A stretch of 55,447 nt of DNA, taken from a bacterium (lineage in GTDB: Bacteria > Verrucomicrobiota > Kiritimatiellia > RFP12 > DVOR01). Where the stretch lies: assembly GCA_030535915.1 (NCBI GenBank), contig JAUNQZ010000001.1, forward strand, positions 1 to 55,447, read 5' to 3'. Below, in pieces: positions 26,601 to 33,906 of this stretch (positions within the stretch are counted from its first letter, which is position 1; each line of letters starts with the position of its first letter). Under the pieces are notes generated by a model, which was not told the DNA's origin, ran no database searches, and worked only from the letters and a program-made list of their open reading frames with translations. A program made the position numbers and the translations under genes.

Positions 26601-27883
26601 ATAATAAAAAGAAAATTGAGCTCCTCGCCGAAGCCGCCCATGCCGCAACCCTCGCAAAACGCTACGACAAAGCCATTAATTTCTTACAACAACGTATTGC
26701 CATTGACGTTCAACAACGTCCCATGATTACCCTCTCCATGGCTGAACTCTACGAACGTAACGACAATCCACGCAAAGCCGCCGATGCCTATGCCACCGTT
26801 TGCAATATGACCAATGTTGATGATGAAACACAACGCATTGCCACACTTCGCCTTGGCGATCTCTATATCAAAACCGGTCGTATCAATGATGCCATTACCC
26901 GTTACTCCGCCTCCATCTCACGCTTCTCCGAAGAAAGCACCGATCGCAAACAACTTCTCCTTGCACGTGCCGCAGCATACTATGCCATCGCCAATTACAA
27001 ACGTGCCTACGAAGACTTTGCAATCGCTCAAAATGCCGACCAACCAAATATTGCCAACGAAGCACGCTTCTTCCTTGTGCTTTGTCTCTATCATCTCGGA
27101 CGCGATGAAGAAGCTCGCACCCTAGCCGAAGACTATATCTCCCATACCGATGACAATGAGCGCCTTCCCGATATTCTTCTTTGGCTCGCCAAAAGTGACT
27201 TCAACCAAGGCAACTATAGCGCTGCAAGCAAAGGTTTTACAACCTTCATCAATCGGTGGGGAAACGACCCTCGCGTCTCCAACATTCTCTATTTCAATGC
27301 TCTCGCCAATAGTTTCGATCAAAACTATCACGCGACCTTACACGACATTGCTCGCCTCATCAAAGAATACCCCAATGCCCCCATCCTTCCAGACGCACGC
27401 TTTTTACAAGCACAAGTCCTTATCCAACACGCCCGCCATGGTGAAGCCCGAGATCTCCTCTTTGATCTCATCGCGCACAATCCTAATGCCACCTGGATTG
27501 GCGAAGCCTATGGACTTCTTGGAGACTGTCAATCCATCACCGCAGCAAGCGATGCCTCTCGCCTCGACGCCGCAATTACTGCCTATCGCAATGCAATCAC
27601 ACGTTTAGAAGCCTTTGATGCCGACAAAGCCCTCTGCTATCGCTATAAGATTGGTCGCATTTACGAAAAACAAAACTATCGCCCTGATGCAGCAGAGGAA
27701 TACTACCGCCTCCTCTACACTCTTCTCAATCAACCCACCAGCTATACTAACAATGGCATCCTCTGGGGAAAGCGCGCCCTTGTCCGCCTTGACAATATTG
27801 AAACTGCCGCCGGACACACCGACAAACTCAATGCGCTAAAAAACCGACTCTATCGTCTAAATATCCCCGGTCTCCTCCCTTAA
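23687..27883 (+). CDS. lnt: apolipoprotein N-acyltransferase (Lnt) fused to a ~800-aa C-terminal TPR-like repeat region
   Basis: An N-terminal multi-TM block is followed by a CN-hydrolase domain with LTPESSF, YRKRHLVPFGEYIPF, GPLICFDDTD and NDAWF. Two further TM segments and at least 12 TPR-like helical hairpins follow. It is a single 1398-codon ORF. Confidence 0.85.
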   Translation: MKIFYAKNLMNKQSLLYLLAALISGFFLSAIFDPFNEFGILWVALVPLLLVTRKASPRAAFWTGWLTGIIAWAIQLHWLSNLTITGGYPPVVYLGSTALILYLGFYIAIFAYLSARLRQTLLSPTDIPLSGKRILIASLLEPALWVALEALRSNLFTGFAWNPLGLAFTMNLPVFQLATIGGVGLVSALIVALNEAVTTLVERITWSFHRKLPEHFSARLLLSLETCLPFLCFLVAFLWGAQRIKAYDALLQKDAEILDILLQSSYNPTLASENYSPVNLLERAPQDAAYINLLKGSATFDLWLTPESSFVHYDLSHLATPQHEVTHVARTTLQTLARTTAPILLGGTYTIAKPQPSYYNASLLITDDAFNPQQHLYRKRHLVPFGEYIPFDKIFPSLQTLVPTGISCSPGDDTTITLPSGHRFGPLICFDDTDAKLSRDSVLSGAQFLVNTSNDAWFVSPEPNASPSIEPLAHLRQAIARCVETGVPMIRTSNAGGAAYIDAVGRIAYVDDTITQIKNYSPARQKLSIIYENQAERNYIYTCKLPITSTPFAVSYLTAGETIFTLPCLLFTLGFIFWGLIKRFIVRPNALTLLLSSILLLVSNLRATTIDPMLVNHQILPTAAMAIDDNNLTIAEETAALILDITNLAPDRRAKAEEILIRTSLENGHFDDVIQRVNNCPELAAERRFVFLMLAHLGKKEFEKVNALYEQSTSISPSSQWGLSALRIALIADLALEDKIRAQDRFKQVNDNATSYPEIQAANALAWHQAFPSPAAREALLQAAQEVAQGGLFLECALQLPNAFEKNPDTRLLALLKETYKASKTPTEIKVKLAFIIAQITTDNDEKIAFAKIALESSTDDDKRNALLLLGNTYLSLENQQEKGLQALQEAILINPSANDAPYIQLKVAETYLAMGEINLALKAYEAYRQSYNCSDLAVRYLQGHGRALLQHNDPIDAAETFAKAIALITDDNKKKIELLAEAAHAATLAKRYDKAINFLQQRIAIDVQQRPMITLSMAELYERNDNPRKAADAYATVCNMTNVDDETQRIATLRLGDLYIKTGRINDAITRYSASISRFSEESTDRKQLLLARAAAYYAIANYKRAYEDFAIAQNADQPNIANEARFFLVLCLYHLGRDEEARTLAEDYISHTDDNERLPDILLWLAKSDFNQGNYSAASKGFTTFINRWGNDPRVSNILYFNALANSFDQNYHATLHDIARLIKEYPNAPILPDARFLQAQVLIQHARHGEARDLLFDLIAHNPNATWIGEAYGLLGDCQSITAASDASRLDAAITAYRNAITRLEAFDADKALCYRYKIGRIYEKQNYRPDAAEEYYRLLYTLLNQPTSYTNNGILWGKRALVRLDNIETAAGHTDKLNALKNRLYRLNIPGLLP

Positions 27884-27923
27884 AAGAAAAAACATTCCCC
27901 CCTAAAAAAATCAAAAAAAAGGA

Positions 27924-27952
27924 TTGCATTTTAAATAAAGATTTGGCATAAT
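27924..27952 (+). promoter_or_regulatory. tRNA-Gln promoter: A-tract UP-like element, TTGCAT-17-TGgCATAAT, GC-rich discriminator
   Basis: TTGCAT at 27924-27929, a 17-nt spacer, CATAAT at 27947-27952. The A-tracts aaaaaaatcaaaaaaaa lie immediately upstream, and gtcgcg follows the -10 box. Confidence 0.6.
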
Positions 27953-27972
27953 ATGTCGCGTTTTATGTTTAC

Positions 27973-28046
27973 TGCCTCATTGTGTAACGGTAGCACAACT
28001 GACTCTGGATCAGTTTGTCAAGGTTCGAATCCTTGTGAGGCAACCA
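27973..28046 (+). tRNA. tRNA-Gln (anticodon CTG), CCA encoded
   Basis: Hand-folded cloverleaf. The acceptor stem is tgcctca/tgaggca and the D stem is gtgt/gcac. The anticodon stem actga/tcagt carries the loop CT-CTG-GA. The T arm is caagg-ttcgaat-ccttg, followed by discriminator A and CCA. Total length is 74 nt. Confidence 0.93.
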
Positions 28047-28058
28047 TATTTGGAAGAA

Positions 28059-28091
28059 GGTTGTGGAGCGCGCTCTACAACCCTTTTTTTT
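28059..28091 (+). terminator. intrinsic terminator after tRNA-Gln
   Basis: ggttgtggag-cgcg-ctctacaacc forms a 10-bp stem with one G-U pair, followed by T8. Confidence 0.7.
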
Positions 28092-28108
28092 AGAAAGTTG
28101 AGGCAAGC

Positions 28109-28591
28109 ATGATTGAAAGCCTTTTGGATATTTTAAAACGAAATGCAAAAGAATCGCCTGAAACTATGGCGCAAATGCTTGGAGTCACCCCCACAGAAGT
28201 CTCCGAAGCAATTACTCGTTTAGAAAAAGAAGGTATCATTCGCGGTTGGCAAGCCATTATCAATGACGACCTCCTCCCCAAAGAATATGTCACGGCTGTC
28301 ATAGAAGTCCGCGTCACCCCCGAACGCGAAGGCGGCTTCAACCGTATCGCAGAGCGCGTCAGCAAATTTGAAGAAGTTGAAGCCGCCTACCTTATGAGCG
28401 GAGCTTATGACCTTCTCCTCTTCGTCAGTGGCAAAAACTTGATGGCAATCGCACGCTTCGTCAGCGAAAAGCTCTCCACCATCAATGGCATCATTTCCAC
28501 TGCCACCCACTTCAAGCTCAAGACTTACAAACAAAACACCGTCTTGATGGCCCCCACCGATGAAGACCCCCGTCTTGTTGTTAGCCCCTAA
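28109..28591 (+). CDS. Lrp/AsnC family transcriptional regulator
   Basis: 160 aa with an N-terminal HTH (ILKRNAKESPETMAQMLGVTPTEVSEAITRLEKEGIIRG) and a C-terminal RAM-like domain. Confidence 0.85.
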   Translation: MIESLLDILKRNAKESPETMAQMLGVTPTEVSEAITRLEKEGIIRGWQAIINDDLLPKEYVTAVIEVRVTPEREGGFNRIAERVSKFEEVEAAYLMSGAYDLLLFVSGKNLMAIARFVSEKLSTINGIISTATHFKLKTYKQNTVLMAPTDEDPRLVVSP

Positions 28592-28605
28592 GGACCCCCG
28601 CGGCT

Positions 28606-29772
28606 ATGGATTCACACACATTCCTCGCACGACACATCGTTGACTTACCAAAGAGTGGCATCCGTGAATTCTTTGATATCGTCAGCACCCGCAAAGGCGT
28701 CATCTCCCTCGCCATTGGTGAGCCTGACTTTGACACACCTTGGCACATTCGAGAAGCTACCATCAACTCGCTTGAAAATGGTCTCACCCACTATACAGGA
28801 AACGCCGGTTTGATTGAGCTCCGCTCAGAAATCGCAAGTTATGTGAAACGCAAGTTTGGTGGCACCTACGACCCCGCGGACGAGGTCCTCATCACCGTTG
28901 GAGCCTCCGAAGGCATTGATATCACCCTTCGAGCCCTCCTCAATCCAGGTGATGAAGTCCTCTACCATGAGCCCTGCTTCGTCAGCTATGCTCCCGGCAT
29001 CGCTATGGCACACGGCGTTCCCGTTCCAGTCGAGACCTTTGTCGAAGACAACTTCCGCCTCAATGTCGAGGCCCTTGAGGCCAAAGTCACCCCACGCACC
29101 AAAATCCTCATGCTCAACTTCCCGAACAACCCCACCGGGGCCATTCTCGAAGCCGAAGACGTCCGTGCCATTGCTGACTTTGCTATTCGCCACAATCTTA
29201 TCGTCCTCTCCGACGAAATCTACGCCGAGCTCACCTGGGGCGGGAAAAAGCACACCTCCTTTGCCTCAATCCCAGAGCTCCGCGATCGACTTGTCCTCTT
29301 CCACGGCTATTCCAAAGCTTGGGCAATGACCGGCTATCGTATGGCCTACATCTGTGCACCACGCTGGATGATGGATACCATCCTCAAAATCCATCAATAC
29401 GCCATTATGTGTGCGCCAACACCCTCCCAATACGGCGCCCTCGAAGCTATGCGTCAACCCGAGGAAGACATGGCCCCTATGTTACGTGCTTACGAACAAC
29501 GCCGTAACTTCCTCCATGCAGCCTTCGCCGAGGCTGGCATTCCCATGCACAATCCCGCTGGAGCCTTCTATGCTTTCCCGCAGATTGAAAAGTTCGGTCT
29601 CTCCGCCCGCGACTTTGCGCTCCGTCTCCTCGATGCAGAAAATGTCGCCGTTGTTCCTGGCACCGCTTTCGGCGCCTGCGGCGAGGGCTTCGTCCGTTGC
29701 TCCTATGCCACTAGCATGGAACAACTTCGCGAAGCCCTCTCCCGCATTTCACGCTTCGTCAAGACTCTCTAA
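28606..29772 (+). CDS. PLP-dependent aminotransferase, class I/II (AspC/AlaT-like)
   Basis: 388 aa with LNFPNNPTG and the PLP-lysine context GYSKAWAMTGYRMAY. Confidence 0.88.
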   Translation: MDSHTFLARHIVDLPKSGIREFFDIVSTRKGVISLAIGEPDFDTPWHIREATINSLENGLTHYTGNAGLIELRSEIASYVKRKFGGTYDPADEVLITVGASEGIDITLRALLNPGDEVLYHEPCFVSYAPGIAMAHGVPVPVETFVEDNFRLNVEALEAKVTPRTKILMLNFPNNPTGAILEAEDVRAIADFAIRHNLIVLSDEIYAELTWGGKKHTSFASIPELRDRLVLFHGYSKAWAMTGYRMAYICAPRWMMDTILKIHQYAIMCAPTPSQYGALEAMRQPEEDMAPMLRAYEQRRNFLHAAFAEAGIPMHNPAGAFYAFPQIEKFGLSARDFALRLLDAENVAVVPGTAFGACGEGFVRCSYATSMEQLREALSRISRFVKTL

Positions 29773-29792
29773 AGCAACACGCGTCTACCCCC

Positions 29793-29836
29793 TACGGCAC
29801 CCCTCTGCTTCAGCAGAATAGGTGCCGTATTCTTTT
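29793..29836 (+). terminator. probable terminator after aminotransferase
   Basis: The outer stem tacggcacc...ggtgccgta encloses an inner tctgc/gcaga stem and is followed by ttctttt. Confidence 0.5.
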
Positions 29837-30080
29837 CCCCGCCAGAACACTACAATATTTTTTAAACTTCAGAGTCCAACAAGAGGAATTAAGACTTATA
29901 AAAGCGCCCTTAGCCCTCTTTTTTAAGCCGACTAATAATTAACGATTTAAACGTCCAATACCTAAAAGTCCTTATTTTCTAAAGACTGTTCCACCCCTTG
30001 AGCATCACTCCATCAAGACTTAGCCCGTGTATAGTGTCTTTATTTTAAAGGAAAAAAATGAGGATGGGTTCATTTTTTTA

Positions 30081-30110
30081 TTGCATTGAGAGGGAAAATA
30101 ATGATAGAAT
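30081..30110 (+). promoter_or_regulatory. promoter of gdhA: TTGCAT-18-TGaTAGAAT
   Basis: TTGCAT at 30081-30086 and TAGAAT at 30105-30110. The leader is ~30 nt with an aaaggaa SD. Confidence 0.5.
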
Positions 30111-30145
30111 TACGGCCGTTTTTAATAGAAACGAAAGGAACTAAA

Positions 30146-31483
30146 ATGAATCCGTATGTCGAAAAAGTCCTTAACGACACCATTGCTAAGAATGGTCACG
30201 AAAAGGAATTCATTCAAGCCGTCACTGAAGTGTTTGAGTCTCTTGAGGCTGTCATTGAAGCTGAACCTAAATATGAAAAGCATGCCATTCTTGAACGTAT
30301 TGTTGAACCTGAACGTGTGATTCAGTTCCGCGTGCCGTGGATTGACGATCAGGGGAACTATCAGGTTAATCGTGGTTATCGTGTGCAGTTTAACTCGGCG
30401 ATTGGTCCGTATAAGGGCGGTCTCCGTTTTCATCCTTCTGTGACGATGGGCACATTGAAGTTTTTGGGATTTGAACAGACCTTTAAGAATTCGCTTACGA
30501 CGCTTCCTATGGGTGGCGGTAAGGGTGGTTCTGACTTTAATCCTAAGGGTAAGTCGAATAATGAAGTGATGCGTTTCTGCCAGAGCTTCATGACGGAACT
30601 TTGCAAGCACATTGGTGCGGACACGGACGTCCCTGCTGGTGACATTGGTGTCGGTGGTCGTGAAGTGGGTTATCTCTTTGGTCAGTACAAGCGCATTCGT
30701 AATGAATTTGTGGGTGTGCTCACGGGTAAGGCGCGTGAATTTGGCGGTTCTCGTATTCGCCCTGAAGCAACGGGTTATGGCACGGTTTACTTCGCTCAGT
30801 ACATGCTCGAAAAGCTCGGCCAGGAGATCAAGGGTAAGACGGTTGCGCTCTCTGGCTTTGGTAATGTGGCTTGGGGTGCAGCTCAGAAGCTCGTTCAGCT
30901 CGGTGCGAAGGTTGTTGCCATTTCCGGTCCTGATGGTTATATCTATGATGAAAAGGGTATGACGCAGGAAGGCGTTGATTACATGTTGGAACTCCGTGCG
31001 TCCAATAATGACGTTGTTGAACCCTATGCTGCGAAGTTCGGAGCAACGTTTGTTAAGGGTCGTAAACCTTGGGAAGTCAAGTGCGACATCGCGTTCCCTT
31101 GCGCGATTCAGAACGAACTCAACGAAGAAGATGCAAAGACGCTCGTTGCGAATGGTTGCATCATGGTTGTTGAAACCTCGAACATGGGTTGCACGGCGGA
31201 TGCGGCAAAGTATCTCAACAACACCATCACCTTCGCTCCTGGTAAGGCGGCTAATGCGGGTGGTGTCGCGGTTTCCGGTCTCGAAATGAGCCAGAACTCG
31301 ATGCGTCTCTCTTGGACCAATGAAGAAGTCGATGAAAAGCTCAAGGCAATCATGAAGGAAATTCATGACAATGCTTATGACACGGCTGAAAAGTATGGTC
31401 GTAAGGGTGATTACATCTTTGGTGCAAACGTTGCTGGCTTCATCAAGGTCGCTGAAGCAATGATCGCCCAAGGTCACTGCTAA
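30146..31483 (+). CDS. gdhA: NADP-type glutamate dehydrogenase
   Basis: Motifs KGGLRFHPSV, LPMGGGKGGSDF and GFGNVAWGAA. ATG 30146 gives MNPYVEKVLN. The track start at 30086 is a TTG inside the promoter. Confidence 0.93.
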   Translation: MNPYVEKVLNDTIAKNGHEKEFIQAVTEVFESLEAVIEAEPKYEKHAILERIVEPERVIQFRVPWIDDQGNYQVNRGYRVQFNSAIGPYKGGLRFHPSVTMGTLKFLGFEQTFKNSLTTLPMGGGKGGSDFNPKGKSNNEVMRFCQSFMTELCKHIGADTDVPAGDIGVGGREVGYLFGQYKRIRNEFVGVLTGKAREFGGSRIRPEATGYGTVYFAQYMLEKLGQEIKGKTVALSGFGNVAWGAAQKLVQLGAKVVAISGPDGYIYDEKGMTQEGVDYMLELRASNNDVVEPYAAKFGATFVKGRKPWEVKCDIAFPCAIQNELNEEDAKTLVANGCIMVVETSNMGCTADAAKYLNNTITFAPGKAANAGGVAVSGLEMSQNSMRLSWTNEEVDEKLKAIMKEIHDNAYDTAEKYGRKGDYIFGANVAGFIKVAEAMIAQGHC

Positions 31484-31504
31484 TCGCGATTGTGAAAAAG
31501 ATTC

Positions 31505-31535
31505 AAAAAAAGGCTCCTCAACGGGAGCCTTTTTT
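31505..31535. terminator. bidirectional intrinsic terminator between gdhA and hrpB
   Basis: aaaaaaaggctcct-caac-gggagcctttttt. Confidence 0.75.
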
Positions 31536-31556
31536 ATTAGAGGAAGCTTGACGTTG

Positions 31557-33899
31557 TTAGGGTGTGGGTTTTTGGGTGGTTTTTCGGGAAGCGATGGCGA
31601 TGGTGGGGTCTTCCGGCCAGTAGTGCTTGGGATAGCGACCGCGCATGTCTTTACGTACAATCGTGTAGCCATTGGCCCAGAAACTTTGCAAATCGCTTGT
31701 GACTTGTACGGGACGTTGTGCAGGAGAGAGGAGATGAAGGACCATCGGGACACGTCCGCATGCAAGGCATGGGGTGGCTTTTAAGCCAAAGACTTCTTGA
31801 ATCTTCACCGCAACATAGGGGTGTGTTTGATCATAGTGAATCAAGCATTTTGAACCACTGGGGACTTCAAAGCGGGCGGGCGCCTCTCGGTCGAGTTCTG
31901 GGAGGGTGTGACCGGTTGAGATGAGTTGTGCTTGAAGCACTTGTGTCAACGTCATGTGGGGGGCTTCTGCAAGGGCGTTGATTAAGGTCGCCTCATCCAG
32001 CGCGGGCCAGTTCTCCTCTGGTAAGGCACGATGCAAAAAACGGAGACGCGCGGCGAGGTGTTCTTCACTCTTTGTCCAAGGAAGGCCTTCGTGTTCAAGG
32101 CGACAACGGTTTGCCATGGTTTGTGCCTCGGGTGGGATTTCCTTGAGCGGGCGTTGTTTTAAAACGATAGCACCGATACAGGTTTCCTCTGCAACAATGA
32201 GGCGTGCGGAAGGCTTGTCCCATTCAATGCGGGTGCGTGTAGTGGTGGGACAAAGGGCGAGATTTTCAGGTTGCAGAGGTAAGACCCAACGGAGGCGTGC
32301 CTCCCCTTCTCCATCGGACATACGAACGGCGAGCAGCCAAGGTTCATGGAGGAAAGGAGAACCTTGCGGGAGGACCGCACCGAAACCGGCTGCGAGGAGA
32401 TAGCGTCCCGACACTTTGTCACGCGCTTTTGCGAGATGTCCTGGGAATGCCCACAAAAGATAGGGCGCGAGTTCATCCACCGAAAGACGCGGTTGAAGCG
32501 AACGCCGCGCCCAGCGTTCAGCGAGACGCCAAAGTTCGCGCGGGCGCGTTTCAAGGACAACTTCAAGGACACGACGAAAATCGGTCAATTGACGTAAGCT
32601 CGCGATTTTTTCACCCTCCGAACAAATGGCAGCGAGGAGCGCACCCCCTGCGGGGTCAATGGTTTGCATACGTAACATCATTGCTGCCAAAGCGGGATGC
32701 ACGGGGAAACGAACCATTTCCTTTCCGAGCGGGGTGAGACGTCCCGTTGTGTCCATCGCTTTTAGGTTAATGAGGGTTTCCTTTGCACGCTTCCAAGCCG
32801 ATGGCGGAGGAGGGGTCAACCATTGGAATTCACTCCCCCACTCTGCACACATCAATGCCACTTGGGTTAAATCGGCATCCAGTATTTCGGGTTGGGAGAT
32901 TTTCGTAAAGGTGAGTTCTTCACCCTCCGTCCACAAACGATAGCAGCGTCCCGCCGAGAGACGACCTGCACGACCGGTGCGTTGAGTCGCGCGATCCAGC
33001 GGAATGCGTTGGGTGACGAGACGTGTGAGACCATTACGTGGGGCGAACTTCGGCACGCGTGCAAGACCACTGTCAATAACGACACGGATGCCTTCAATCG
33101 TCAACGAGCTCTCCGCAATTGAAGTTGCGAGGACAATCTTTCGCACGCCCGGCGCGGGTGGTGCAACCGCGGCGTCTTGTTCGGCTTTATCCAACGCTGC
33201 ATAGAGCGGCGCAACGCGCACATTGGGGGGTAAGTGTGCTTCGCGAAGAGTCGCTACAAGGGCGGTGATTTCACCTTCGCCAGGGAGGAAGCAGAGGATC
33301 GAGCCCTCCTCTTCTCGTAACGCGCGAAGAATGGCAGTTGCAGGGGCGATCGGTCCCAGGTGAGAAATCTCCACAGGATACGCCACCGCAGGAATGGAGA
33401 GAAAGCGTGCTTCGGGAAGGAGGTGCTCATCCATTGTCGCCGACATCACGAGGAGACGAAGGTCATCGCGAAGATTCGCACGGATTTCGCGTGCAAGCGC
33501 AAACGCGACATCTAACGCGAGGGAACGTTCGTGAAATTCGTCAAAAATGATTAATCCAACCGTGGCGAGTTCGGGGTCTTCGAGGAGACGCCGTGCGAGA
33601 AGCCCCTCAGTAAGAAATTCCACCCGCGTCTTCGGACCGATGCAACGCTCCGAACGCACCTTCCAACCAATGGTTTCACCCGGTGCTTCACCTAAGAGCG
33701 CTGCCATATATTGCGCCGCACGACGCGCTGCCAGACGACGAGGTTCAAGCACGAGAATCTTCCTCCCCTGCAACCAAGGAGCCTCCAGCAAAGCGAGCGG
33801 GACACGCGTAGTTTTACCCGTGCCAGGCGGCGCGGTGAGAACTGTGAGATCATTCGCTGCAAGTGCGGTTTGGAGAGAGGTGAGATCAAGGGTGGACAT
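31557..33899 (-). CDS. hrpB: ATP-dependent DEAH-box helicase HrpB
   Basis: Motifs APPGTGKTT, DEFHERS and ATSIAESSLTIEGI. 780 aa with the HrpB-type C-terminal region. Confidence 0.88.
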   Translation of the reverse strand: MSTLDLTSLQTALAANDLTVLTAPPGTGKTTRVPLALLEAPWLQGRKILVLEPRRLAARRAAQYMAALLGEAPGETIGWKVRSERCIGPKTRVEFLTEGLLARRLLEDPELATVGLIIFDEFHERSLALDVAFALAREIRANLRDDLRLLVMSATMDEHLLPEARFLSIPAVAYPVEISHLGPIAPATAILRALREEEGSILCFLPGEGEITALVATLREAHLPPNVRVAPLYAALDKAEQDAAVAPPAPGVRKIVLATSIAESSLTIEGIRVVIDSGLARVPKFAPRNGLTRLVTQRIPLDRATQRTGRAGRLSAGRCYRLWTEGEELTFTKISQPEILDADLTQVALMCAEWGSEFQWLTPPPPSAWKRAKETLINLKAMDTTGRLTPLGKEMVRFPVHPALAAMMLRMQTIDPAGGALLAAICSEGEKIASLRQLTDFRRVLEVVLETRPRELWRLAERWARRSLQPRLSVDELAPYLLWAFPGHLAKARDKVSGRYLLAAGFGAVLPQGSPFLHEPWLLAVRMSDGEGEARLRWVLPLQPENLALCPTTTRTRIEWDKPSARLIVAEETCIGAIVLKQRPLKEIPPEAQTMANRCRLEHEGLPWTKSEEHLAARLRFLHRALPEENWPALDEATLINALAEAPHMTLTQVLQAQLISTGHTLPELDREAPARFEVPSGSKCLIHYDQTHPYVAVKIQEVFGLKATPCLACGRVPMVLHLLSPAQRPVQVTSDLQSFWANGYTIVRKDMRGRYPKHYWPEDPTIAIASRKTTQKPTP

Positions 33900-33906
33900 G
33901 CGAGGG

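Noticed and set aside
28092-28108. Promoter for asnC in the 17 nt between the tRNA terminator and ATG 28109
   Set aside because: Only a weak TAGAAA overlapping the terminator U-tract can be drawn. That is not enough to call a promoter. asnC may be expressed by read-through or from an element I cannot see.
29837-30080. Possible riboswitch or small RNA in the 373-bp spacer upstream of gdhA
   Set aside because: Only short (5-6 bp) imperfect hairpins are present. I could recognise no conserved riboswitch core such as the glutamine or glycine types. Ruling this out properly would need an Infernal/Rfam scan.
30122-31765. 547-aa ORF on the minus strand covering all of gdhA and running into the hrpB 3' end
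   Set aside because: It is codon-aligned with gdhA (both phases are congruent to 2 mod 3). It therefore stays open simply because gdhA avoids TTA, CTA and TCA codons. The product is low-complexity (R/T/N/H-rich) with no motifs, whereas gdhA on the plus strand has unmistakable GDH motifs.
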